Below are positions 38,579 to 46,952 of a stretch of DNA of 64,000 nt, piece after piece. Positions within the stretch are counted from its first letter, which is position 1. Each line of letters opens with the position of its first letter. The stretch lies in contig JAPLAJ010000053.1 of the NCBI GenBank assembly GCA_026393335.1, positions 13,521 through 77,520 of the forward strand, read 5' to 3'. This stretch comes from Rhodoluna sp. Lineage in GTDB: Bacteria > Actinomycetota > Actinomycetes > Actinomycetales > Microbacteriaceae. The notes beneath the pieces are model-generated. The model did no database searches. It saw only the letters and a program-made list of their open reading frames with translations, and was not told where the DNA came from. A program made the position numbers and the translations under genes.

Positions 38579-39556
38579 GTGGAGATAACCAACGAAATGC
38601 GCCAGCAGATACTTGAGACTGCAAGAGTCCTAAGTATCCCGATGCGCATCAAGTTCAGAGGCATAACCACTAGAGAAGTCTTACTATTTGAAGGCCCTAA
38701 TGGCTGGGCTGAATGGTCACCCTTCACAGAATATGAAAATGAAGAAGCCAGTATCTGGCTAAAAGCAGCCATTGAGTTTGCCTTTGGCGACATCCCAGAG
38801 CCAGCTGTAAACACCATCAAAGTCAATGCCACCCTGGCTGCAGTCAAAGACGTAAGAGCAGCCCTAGAACCATTTGGCAACTTCGAAGTAGTAAAGATCA
38901 AAGTTGCCGAAAAGGGACAAACACTTCAAGACGACCTTGACCGCATCCATGAAGTAAGAAAGTACTACCCAGAAGCTCGAATAAGACTGGATGCTAACGG
39001 TGGCTACGACATAGAAACAGCATTAGCCCTAGCTAATGCAATGTACGAAGAAGGTGTTCCATTGGAATACCTAGAGCAGCCAGTAAAGACCATCGCGGAA
39101 CTTGCTGAACTAAAACTTAAACTCAAGCTTCTAAACATAAAGATTGCTGCTGACGAATCAGTGAGAAAAGTAAGTGACCCATTAGCAGTAGCTCAAGCCA
39201 ACGCAGCAGATCTACTTGTTCTAAAAGCAGCACCACTCGGTGGCATAAACAACGCACTAAGAATTGCCAAAGAAGCAGGACTGCCTGTTGTTGTATCAAG
39301 TGCATTAGAAACATCAGTAGGAATAAGCATGGGTGTTCACCTTGCCGCTCTTCTAGATAGTGATTACGCAAGCGGTCTAGGAACAGCAGCACTACTCACA
39401 GAAGATGTAACAGACACTCCCCTAATCCCAATCAACGGTCAAATACCCGTAACAAGTATCACCCCAAACAAAAACGCTCTAACCAAACTCCAAGCACCAG
39501 CAAATAGAACTACTTGGTGGATGGATAGGTTAGAGCGTTGTTTGAACGTTTATTAG
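38579..39556 (+). CDS. menC: o-succinylbenzoate synthase (enolase superfamily, GTG start)
   Basis: The product contains RIRLDANGGY, KIAADESV and LVLKAAPLGG. It is divergent from menB. Confidence 0.85.
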   Translation: MEITNEMRQQILETARVLSIPMRIKFRGITTREVLLFEGPNGWAEWSPFTEYENEEASIWLKAAIEFAFGDIPEPAVNTIKVNATLAAVKDVRAALEPFGNFEVVKIKVAEKGQTLQDDLDRIHEVRKYYPEARIRLDANGGYDIETALALANAMYEEGVPLEYLEQPVKTIAELAELKLKLKLLNIKIAADESVRKVSDPLAVAQANAADLLVLKAAPLGGINNALRIAKEAGLPVVVSSALETSVGISMGVHLAALLDSDYASGLGTAALLTEDVTDTPLIPINGQIPVTSITPNKNALTKLQAPANRTTWWMDRLERCLNVY

Positions 39557-40049
39557 GGTTTATCGTCTTGAACAAAGTATGAGCAGATTGTCTAAATATC
39601 GAATTCGATTATTGCTATTTCCAAATCAACAAACATTAATCTACAAGATCGTTTCTTGAGCATTCTTGGAACATATTGATCTTCAAAATCGAATGAGCTT
39701 TTCTCTTTCCGACTGTGGTCTGTCCCAGAAAACAGGCTCTGATGATTACCAGTTTCAAGATGCACTCGCCCCAAAACAGCTATTTGCACAAGAAAAGTAG
39801 GTACTTTTTGTGAAAGTGATTTTTCTGCGACAACGATTTTGTGGGAGAAAAGCGGCAAAAAATTTTTTAGAGATTTACCCCGTAAAAATAATTTTGAACT
39901 AGTAAAAATGTGGAATGAGGCCATGAAAACGCAGGACAACATTTTACGTTCACAATTCGCCTCAGCTGTTGCAAATTATCGAGTGAAATCGCATCGATTT
40001 CTTGTTTCACTTTGCATTTCCCCAAATCCTGTATCTAACCTAGCTGGTT

Positions 40050-40811
40050 TCATTCGGAACGGATTATTTTGGCAAAACCTTGTAAAGACTGACTCAGGTT
40101 CAAGTATGATTCATCATCGCCCCTGAAATGTAAGGTCTTTAAGTTTGGGGTTAGTTCAATTAGTTTTTCAACATTTGTCAACGAAGATATCTCCGTCAAA
40201 TCTAGCCTGCTTATGTTTGTCGCCACCCAGCTAAATGATCTGAAATCTATTGAGCGAGCATTTGCAATACCGAGGTAGCCGAGCTTTGGTAAGTCACTCA
40301 GATCAATAGATGTCTCCAACGCTCCCCGCAAAAAGAGTCTTTCAACAGAAGGAGGGAGAGTTCTAAACCATGACTTTCGCAATTGCGAAACAGAAACATA
40401 CTTTAGGCAGTGCAACTCTCTGAGTCCTGTTATGTTCTGCAAGCTCGGCGATTCGCCGTACAGCATTTCCAAATGACTTAAGTTTTTCAAATCCAATTGA
40501 GTTCCCAGATGCACTTTTAATCTCAGACTCCTCAAGGCTTTATACCCACTAATTGGCGTTAAATTTAGGCTGTCTAAAGATGTTCTAATGTCCAAGCTTT
40601 TCACTGCCTTGAGAGACATTAAAGCCTTATCAAAATTTCTTCGTACAAATTGTTCTTCAACTTCGTACCATGAATGTTTTTTTATTACAAATTGACTTGG
40701 AAGTAATGTAGCACCAAAACCAAGCATGGTAAATACACTCAAACTGGTTGTTTTAGACTCAGAGCAGTCGTATACTACGTTCAGTCTTCCATGTGCTTTC
40801 TCAATAATCAT
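40050..40811 (-). CDS. Leucine-rich-repeat protein, candidate immunity protein for the upstream RHS toxin
   Basis: The 253-aa product has no signal peptide. It carries tandem repeats of about 22 aa of the L..L..L.L type (LRSLRLKVHLGTQLDLKNLSHLEMLYG..., LSDLPKLGYLGIANARSIDF..., ISRLDLTEISSLTNVEKLIELTPNLKTLHF). The gene starts 13 nt after the toxin stop. Confidence 0.6.
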   Translation of the reverse strand: MIIEKAHGRLNVVYDCSESKTTSLSVFTMLGFGATLLPSQFVIKKHSWYEVEEQFVRRNFDKALMSLKAVKSLDIRTSLDSLNLTPISGYKALRSLRLKVHLGTQLDLKNLSHLEMLYGESPSLQNITGLRELHCLKYVSVSQLRKSWFRTLPPSVERLFLRGALETSIDLSDLPKLGYLGIANARSIDFRSFSWVATNISRLDLTEISSLTNVEKLIELTPNLKTLHFRGDDESYLNLSQSLQGFAKIIRSE

Positions 40812-40824
40812 AGTTATTGCCAGC

Positions 40825-43800
40825 CTAACCCTTTTGTTTGATGGAATTTATCTTGTTTATTAGATTTGGATTACACCCTCGGCATTTGATGCCCCCTGCT
40901 TGATTTATCAATGTTTGCTCAAATGTTCTTCTTTCAAGAACTGTCTTCCCCGGCATCTCGTGAAACACAAAATTCTCTATTTGCCCTTTGTAAGTGACTC
41001 CGTGTTCTTTCATTCGTCGAATCACATCCACGGTTTGTCCGATGTACTTTTTACCTCCCACAGTAAATTCGTAGACGCCTGGCCCTTTGGCAAGAGCAAG
41101 TTCCGTTACTTTCACGAATTCGACAGTTTTTACTGCTTTTGTAGTCGTAAGAAGGCCCTTCGCAACCTTGGCGACCTTACTCCCAATTGAAATCGCCTTC
41201 CCCACCCAAGCTGCTTGTTGAAGTCCTGGAATTGGGATAAAACTGGCTACAGTGAGAGCTAAATCCAGTGTGTCCCATCCGTCCCACAAGCCAGTAAAGT
41301 CACTTCCGTTGACGGGGTCATTTGGGTAGGTGTAGCTGTTTTCGTTTCCGCCTTTGATTGGGTCTTTTGAGGTGAATTGGTTGGTTTCAGGGTTATAGAC
41401 TCTTGCTCCCATGAGGATGAGTCCTGTGGTGTTGGTGGCTCTTTCTTGTTGACTGTAGGAGCTGTAGTTGATGAGGTTTGTGTTGGTTTGGCTGGTTAGA
41501 GGGTTGCCAAACGAGTCATAAACACTCCAGCCACCAACAGAGTTGCTGTCTAGATCCAGGGTCGTGACTGTGTGCCCACGGATGTCTGTCAACTGCATGG
41601 ACGAGGTTCTAACAGTGCCCTTGAAAGTGGTGGTAACAGCAAGCCCTGCACCTAATGATCCTGTATAGATTTCTGTGGTGAGGTTCGCCCCAGACTGTTG
41701 GGTGGTCCATTCAGGGTTATCTGAAGAGTCACTGTAATGTCTGACAGTTGTTAGGTTGCCTACTGTTTCGTTTACTCTTCTACCTAAAGCATCATAGGTA
41801 AATGAGGTTGTTGAACCAGACTGGGTGATACCTGTCACCTGATCCACCAGGCTATAGCTCAAGCTGATTCCTGCATTATTTGCTGGAGCATCAACAGCAG
41901 GGATAAACGTATTTCTACCTAAAGTGTCATAAACATAGCCATTGGTTGTGAGCTGTGATTCAGCGTTGAAACTATTTGTTTTAGTTGTGGTAGCACCACA
42001 AACTCCGACACTGCTGCTTGTTCTATCTCCTCGAGTGTTATAGCTGTAACTCTCGGAGAAACAAGAAGCACCATTAGAGGACACTGATGCAAGCCTTGAA
42101 GAAGAGTCATAACCATAAACAGTGGCCTTTGGTGAAGCACTACTAGAAGAATCAGGTGCTAGCTCTCGTATTACCCGGCCATAGCCGTCGTACTCCCTGC
42201 TCCAAGACAACACAGTAGATGCCACAGAGCCGTAACTCATTGAAGAGATCTGGCCAGCATCATTAAACATGTTGGTCTGGGTAACACCATTAGGGCCAGA
42301 CTGGCTGGTTAGCCTGCCGTATTCGTCATAAACACCCGAATACAGGTAACTGAAAGGTGTTCCGGCAGAACTAGAACCAGTGATGTTCATAGCTGTAACT
42401 AGGGCTCCAGGCTCTGAAGTATTGCCGTAAGTGTAAGAAGTGGTTGTTCGAGGTGAAACAACAGTTGAGACAGATCCTGCAGCTAACTGTCCTGAAGGAA
42501 CATAACTCGTGGAGGTAACCTCTCCTAGGCTGTTTGTTGAAGTTATCTGTCTACCCCAGGCATCGAAAGTTTGACTTGTTTCACTTTGCTTAACCCCTGC
42601 AACATAGCTTTCAGTTTTAGTCTCTAAAAGAGACACTGGATCGTAAAGGTGCTTAGTAGATATCGATGCAGCACCTGATGCTGAAACAGTTGAAGTATCT
42701 GCTCTACCATCAGCCAGATAAGTGTTTGTTGTTGTTCTAACTAGAGAACCGAAACGATATTCTGCAACAGTCAAAGGATTCAACGCAGGATCATAGGCAG
42801 AGACATGACTCTTTGATGAAGGCAGTGTTTCACCTGTTTGTGAAATACATAGCAAATCCTGCCAAGCCGGCTTCAAACCACACTCAGGGAACAAACTATT
42901 AGCAGCAGAACTGTAATACACATAGACATCAGTTCTAGCATCAACACCATTAGACCCAGGAGCAACAGATTTAACTTGCTGTCCAAGCTCATTGAAAACT
43001 GTCTTTGATGTTGAAACCAAAACCTCAGAACTATCAAAAGACTCTACGAGCGTTGGTATCCCTAAAGTCCAACCCGAAACAGTGCTGCCATCTTGAGGGG
43101 CATAATCCTTTTTTGTGCTACCCAACACTTGAATGACTGTATCTGGTGACTGCGCCAAGACTAACTCAACCTTTGAAGAAGTCAACAGGCCAGTTAACGG
43201 TTCACCCTCACGATAATCGTCATAAGTGTAACTTGTATATGTTCGAACTTCTTTAGGGTCGCCAGATGCATCCAAAACAGTCTTTTTAGGGGACCAAGTT
43301 TCAGATAGATAAGCACCATTAGGGACAGTGAAGCCATTTACCTGTGTATAAAACTTAGAGACACTGGCATACATAAACTCATCAAAGGTGCTGCCACCTT
43401 CAGTTGCTGTCCGATCTAATACGTTGTTTATACCCTGGCTATCGAATGTGGCGTAAACAACATTTTTAATTCGGATTGTTGCGGTGTAGAGCCATTTTGT
43501 TTTACCGTAGCTAGCGGTGTTAGTTGGTTTACCGTCAACATCGAGGAATGTGAAATCAGCGTTACGCCAGAGCGCACTTGTCGACGCTGGCACGATCACG
43601 TTTCCTGAAGCGTCCAGTGGGATAGTACTATCAGCCCCGAAAACGGCCGCCGCATAGAACGGGGCTGTTTCTTGACCCCAAAGCAAAGTAGTGGAAAGTG
43701 GCAAGTTCGGCAAGAAACCAGTGTTACCTGAAGGGTTCAGGTCATAAACAAAGGTTTGCTCCACGTTTGAGGAAGCAACCCAACTACTGTTTAGGCTTCT

Positions 43801-44469
43801 AGCGACCTGCACAAGCCTGCCTGAAGCATCATATTTGAATGTGTAAGGAGCGAAACCACTCACAGAAACTTTAGAAAGCTTCCCTAAACCGTTGTATTCA
43901 TAGGAGACAGTGGAGCCGTTTGTGTTATCTGTGACCTGCATCAACACTCCAGATTCATAGGTGTATGACTTCTTCAAAACTGTTACTGGTGAACCAGTAA
44001 CAAGATCTAGGTATTTGTAACTTATAGTTGCAAGCAGTCCTGCAGCGTTATAGGTGTAAACCAAACCTTGAGTAACAGAGGTACCCTGACAGCCAACTGT
44101 TCCTAAAGCTGCATATCCTGAGGCAGAAACTCGACCTGTTGCATCAAAAGTCGTTATAACTGCTCTAGTTGAAGCATTTGATTTAGCGCACAATAAACGC
44201 CAATCACCGCTAGTTGGCTTCATGAAGGTAGTAGTTGCCTGATCAGTTTCAGTAACAGTCAACACGTTTCCTGCAACTGAAACTTGCAGGTTAGCAGCTT
44301 TCGCCTCATCAGATACAGGAGTCAAAGTTGTTGTGCCACTGAACTCTAAAACATCTGAGTCAGGACTAATCAAATAGTAATGACCATTATCAGGATCGTT
44401 AGTGGCACTGTAACCAGAAAGAGCTGTCGCATCGCTAGAGAAAGATGCTGACCAACCTTCACCAAACAC
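40825..44469 (-). CDS. RHS/YD-repeat protein with an RHS core and a C-terminal GIY-YIG-like toxin domain (3' segment of a disrupted gene)
   Basis: There are many YD repeats (YTYDALGRRV, YVYDTLGRNTF, REYDGYGRVIRE, YDEYGRLTS). The RHS core ends in GARVYNPETNQFTSKDPI...YTYPNDPVNGSDFTGLW. The tail contains GVYEFTVGGKKYIGQTVDVIRRMKEH. The predicted start is an internal GTG with no signal peptide. Confidence 0.85.
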   Translation of the reverse strand: MFGEGWSASFSSDATALSGYSATNDPDNGHYYLISPDSDVLEFSGTTTLTPVSDEAKAANLQVSVAGNVLTVTETDQATTTFMKPTSGDWRLLCAKSNASTRAVITTFDATGRVSASGYAALGTVGCQGTSVTQGLVYTYNAAGLLATISYKYLDLVTGSPVTVLKKSYTYESGVLMQVTDNTNGSTVSYEYNGLGKLSKVSVSGFAPYTFKYDASGRLVQVARSLNSSWVASSNVEQTFVYDLNPSGNTGFLPNLPLSTTLLWGQETAPFYAAAVFGADSTIPLDASGNVIVPASTSALWRNADFTFLDVDGKPTNTASYGKTKWLYTATIRIKNVVYATFDSQGINNVLDRTATEGGSTFDEFMYASVSKFYTQVNGFTVPNGAYLSETWSPKKTVLDASGDPKEVRTYTSYTYDDYREGEPLTGLLTSSKVELVLAQSPDTVIQVLGSTKKDYAPQDGSTVSGWTLGIPTLVESFDSSEVLVSTSKTVFNELGQQVKSVAPGSNGVDARTDVYVYYSSAANSLFPECGLKPAWQDLLCISQTGETLPSSKSHVSAYDPALNPLTVAEYRFGSLVRTTTNTYLADGRADTSTVSASGAASISTKHLYDPVSLLETKTESYVAGVKQSETSQTFDAWGRQITSTNSLGEVTSTSYVPSGQLAAGSVSTVVSPRTTTSYTYGNTSEPGALVTAMNITGSSSAGTPFSYLYSGVYDEYGRLTSQSGPNGVTQTNMFNDAGQISSMSYGSVASTVLSWSREYDGYGRVIRELAPDSSSSASPKATVYGYDSSSRLASVSSNGASCFSESYSYNTRGDRTSSSVGVCGATTTKTNSFNAESQLTTNGYVYDTLGRNTFIPAVDAPANNAGISLSYSLVDQVTGITQSGSTTSFTYDALGRRVNETVGNLTTVRHYSDSSDNPEWTTQQSGANLTTEIYTGSLGAGLAVTTTFKGTVRTSSMQLTDIRGHTVTTLDLDSNSVGGWSVYDSFGNPLTSQTNTNLINYSSYSQQERATNTTGLILMGARVYNPETNQFTSKDPIKGGNENSYTYPNDPVNGSDFTGLWDGWDTLDLALTVASFIPIPGLQQAAWVGKAISIGSKVAKVAKGLLTTTKAVKTVEFVKVTELALAKGPGVYEFTVGGKKYIGQTVDVIRRMKEHGVTYKGQIENFVFHEMPGKTVLERRTFEQTLINQAGGIKCRGCNPNLINKINSIKQKG

Positions 44470-45284
44470 TGAGTTCTAGAAACAGATAGGGACTGTAAAC
44501 CAACCTGTTGACTGTAATCGGTAGTCGACATGTTGAATTTGCCGGAAACCAAAGAAACAATTCCAGGACCTGCTGATGCGACTGCGCTATCTAAACTATT
44601 AGGCAACCTTGTTACAGAGAAACCTGAATCATCTGAGCAAAACCATTCAGCGATAGAGGAATAGTAGAAACAAAAACGCAGATCGATAGTTACAGGAATA
44701 TTCTGCGGCAAGGAAGGAGAACTGAAAACACCGATGTTTGACACATTCAGTTTGTAATCGTAAACACCTTTCAAACCTGATTTTGTAGTCAACGGAATGT
44801 TTGATTCGGCTGCATCCCAAGCGTTGGAAGTTCCTTGTTTACGCCACTCAATGGAGGCCGAAGTTGGTTGTAAACCAGACATCGAGGCGCCGTATCCAGA
44901 GACCATAACGCTAGATGCAACGGTAGGTCCTGTCAATGGAGAAATAGCTCCCACATAGCCGAAAGTCATTGTGTGTGAAGCGGTGACAGATGCGATGCCA
45001 TTTGTTTTCTTAGCGACTGCTGTTATTCGTCGTTGAAAAGAGCCTGCAGGAAGAGAAATTGCCTGGCTCAAAGACCCGTCAACGTTTGTTTGATAATTTA
45101 CTGGCGCGGATCCATCGACACTGATGCTAAGCGTGTTTGTTCTATAGCTCTCAGGAGCTGCAGTAGAAGATACAGTACAAGTCACCGGTGCAGTTGGTGT
45201 GTATCCACCTTGGTATCCGTTTGCGTAAGGACAGGTAATAGTAGGTGTCAGTGGTTGTGTTGCTTCAACCTTGAAGGTAAGCAC
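44370..45284 (-). CDS. Middle segment of the disrupted RHS gene (Ig-like/pre-RHS region)
   Basis: It is in the same frame as 45291..46952, separated only by TAA plus 2 codons. It ends in out-of-frame junk (LSVSRTQCLVKVGQHLSL...) where the third segment's frame reads NSVFGEGWSASF. Confidence 0.6.
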   Translation of the reverse strand: MLTFKVEATQPLTPTITCPYANGYQGGYTPTAPVTCTVSSTAAPESYRTNTLSISVDGSAPVNYQTNVDGSLSQAISLPAGSFQRRITAVAKKTNGIASVTASHTMTFGYVGAISPLTGPTVASSVMVSGYGASMSGLQPTSASIEWRKQGTSNAWDAAESNIPLTTKSGLKGVYDYKLNVSNIGVFSSPSLPQNIPVTIDLRFCFYYSSIAEWFCSDDSGFSVTRLPNSLDSAVASAGPGIVSLVSGKFNMSTTDYSQQVGLQSLSVSRTQCLVKVGQHLSLAMRQLFLVTVPLTILIMVITI

Positions 45285-45290
45285 CGGAGA

Positions 45291-46952
45291 TTAGGATTCA
45301 GAACTGACTCGACTGTCAGAACTCGATGCTCTAACAAAATAGGTCTGATTATTAGTCAAAGCTGTTGTTGGTTTACAGGTGCCTGAACTACCGCTTGAAA
45401 CAATGACAGTACACAAAGTACTACTAGCCGTTGTAGAAGTTGCTGTTGGGTAGGCCTTGAAAGCTAAAGTTACATTTCCGCCATCAGGATCCAAAGCCTT
45501 AGAAGTGAAAGTAGGTTTCCAAGAACCAACACTCAAGTAACCAGAATTCTGGATTGAATCACTAACTGTAGGGGTTACAGCAGTGCCAGGGTACCGGTTG
45601 TAATTAATGGTTAGTGAAGGCTTATTGTTTGAAGCGTTCGAAGAGTTGAATCTCTTCCAACCAAAACTATCTGCCTCATTTGAGGCCTTAATGCCAAAGC
45701 CCGCTCGATTAGAAATAACCACAGGCATGTTAGCTGCCAGATTAGTTACATCCGTAGTTATGTTAGCTGCCGGACAACTCGAGTTGTAGCCCGCTGCAAC
45801 ACTTTTAGCAACACCAACACCACCAATAGTTGGGGCATTACCCCACCTAGTTGAAGGAGTGGCAGGTGAAATTGCGTAAATACTAAAGTTTCGTGCAGTA
45901 CAAGACCAAGACCAGTTCAAATACAACTTCAAGTTAGCTGAAATGATGTCTTGGCCAATCCAGCCAGTTGAATCAAAGTTTAAGTAAGACCGGTAAACAG
46001 AAGAACCACCATCAGGTGTACCAACTAAAAGTTCTGTTGAAGACTGAAAATCAGTTGTCGGATAAACGTTAGTCACATAAGTATCAAAAGTTGGATCTAA
46101 AACAACAGCTGGATCAACAATGACTGGATACTCTAAATCTTCACGCTCAAAAAATGTCCCATCAACAGCTAAATCTAAAACACCAGTAGCACCAATAACC
46201 GGTTCCAGTTCAGAAGTTATAGGCGCTGTTGCACCATCAGCAGAGTCATACATGAAAGGAGTAGGAACGGAGCCAAGCACTTGGCTTCCAGAAACAAACT
46301 CGTATCCGCCATTACTGTCGGCTTGCAGACGAACATTCTTACCCTTAACAAGAAGCTTCAACTTATCTAGAGTCGCTGCATCAGGTTTAGCTTTAACCTC
46401 AAAAGACTGTTCAAAACCAGAAGCATCCAGGCGAATCAGCAAATCAACATTAGGTAAAACATCAACAAAACGAGCAGTGTCCTCAAACAACACAGGCTTA
46501 GGTAAAGCCCCATCCCAACCAAAACCAAAATGGTTTCCATCAGACCCTGAGATACTCACTAAACCATCTGCTAAAACTTCTGCAGCAGTGCCACCACCAG
46601 AAACCTTGAAATCAAAACGACCAGATTTAGCTCGAACAAAACCCGCATCATCAAATACCAAAGTGAAATCAAGATCACGCCACCCATACTCCCCAGCACC
46701 ATCGCGAACCCTAACTGGAGCACCAAAAGACTCAGTAGTTAGAGTCCCATCAGGATTAACCCAAGTAGAAGAAAGCTCAGACAACTCAGAAATCACCAAA
46801 ATACGGTGATTAGTTATAGCAGCCTGCAACCTAGCTGAAATGTAATCCTCAGCAGCATAACTAGGTGCAACAGTGAAAGCTTGAGCAGGTGTAACGCCTT
46901 GCAGCAGTAAAGAAAGACCAACGAAAACAGAAACAAATTTTATAAACTTCAA
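45291..46952 (-). CDS. N-terminal segment of the disrupted RHS gene: Sec signal peptide plus a DNRLRE-type domain
   Basis: The signal peptide is MKFIKFVSVFVGLSLLLQGVTPAQA. SVYRSYLNFDSTGWIGQDIISANLKLYLNWSWSC...RWGNAP resembles DNRLRE domains found at the N-termini of actinobacterial RHS proteins. Confidence 0.7.
   Translation of the reverse strand: MKFIKFVSVFVGLSLLLQGVTPAQAFTVAPSYAAEDYISARLQAAITNHRILVISELSELSSTWVNPDGTLTTESFGAPVRVRDGAGEYGWRDLDFTLVFDDAGFVRAKSGRFDFKVSGGGTAAEVLADGLVSISGSDGNHFGFGWDGALPKPVLFEDTARFVDVLPNVDLLIRLDASGFEQSFEVKAKPDAATLDKLKLLVKGKNVRLQADSNGGYEFVSGSQVLGSVPTPFMYDSADGATAPITSELEPVIGATGVLDLAVDGTFFEREDLEYPVIVDPAVVLDPTFDTYVTNVYPTTDFQSSTELLVGTPDGGSSVYRSYLNFDSTGWIGQDIISANLKLYLNWSWSCTARNFSIYAISPATPSTRWGNAPTIGGVGVAKSVAAGYNSSCPAANITTDVTNLAANMPVVISNRAGFGIKASNEADSFGWKRFNSSNASNNKPSLTINYNRYPGTAVTPTVSDSIQNSGYLSVGSWKPTFTSKALDPDGGNVTLAFKAYPTATSTTASSTLCTVIVSSGSSGTCKPTTALTNNQTYFVRASSSDSRVSSES

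Larger units (their letters stand above)
40825..46952 (-). pseudogene. Reconstructed DNRLRE-RHS-GIY-YIG polymorphic toxin gene of about 2070 codons, interrupted by one nonsense codon and one frameshift
   Basis: The three consecutive ORFs are colinear with a single-protein architecture. The TAA lies at 45291-45293. The frame change (a single base apparently missing) maps between 44466 and 44478. Confidence 0.6.

Noticed and set aside
38566-38901. A 111-aa minus-strand ORF at the start of menC.
   Set aside because: It overlaps the menC coding region in antisense. The menB stop is at 37677 and the menB start at 38561, which leaves no room for it. It is a shadow ORF.
46120-46809. A 229-aa plus-strand ORF inside the RHS N-terminal segment.
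   Set aside because: It is antisense to a segment with a clear signal peptide and DNRLRE-like sequence. Its product is a low-complexity Ser/Pro/Lys string with no motif, typical of a shadow ORF.
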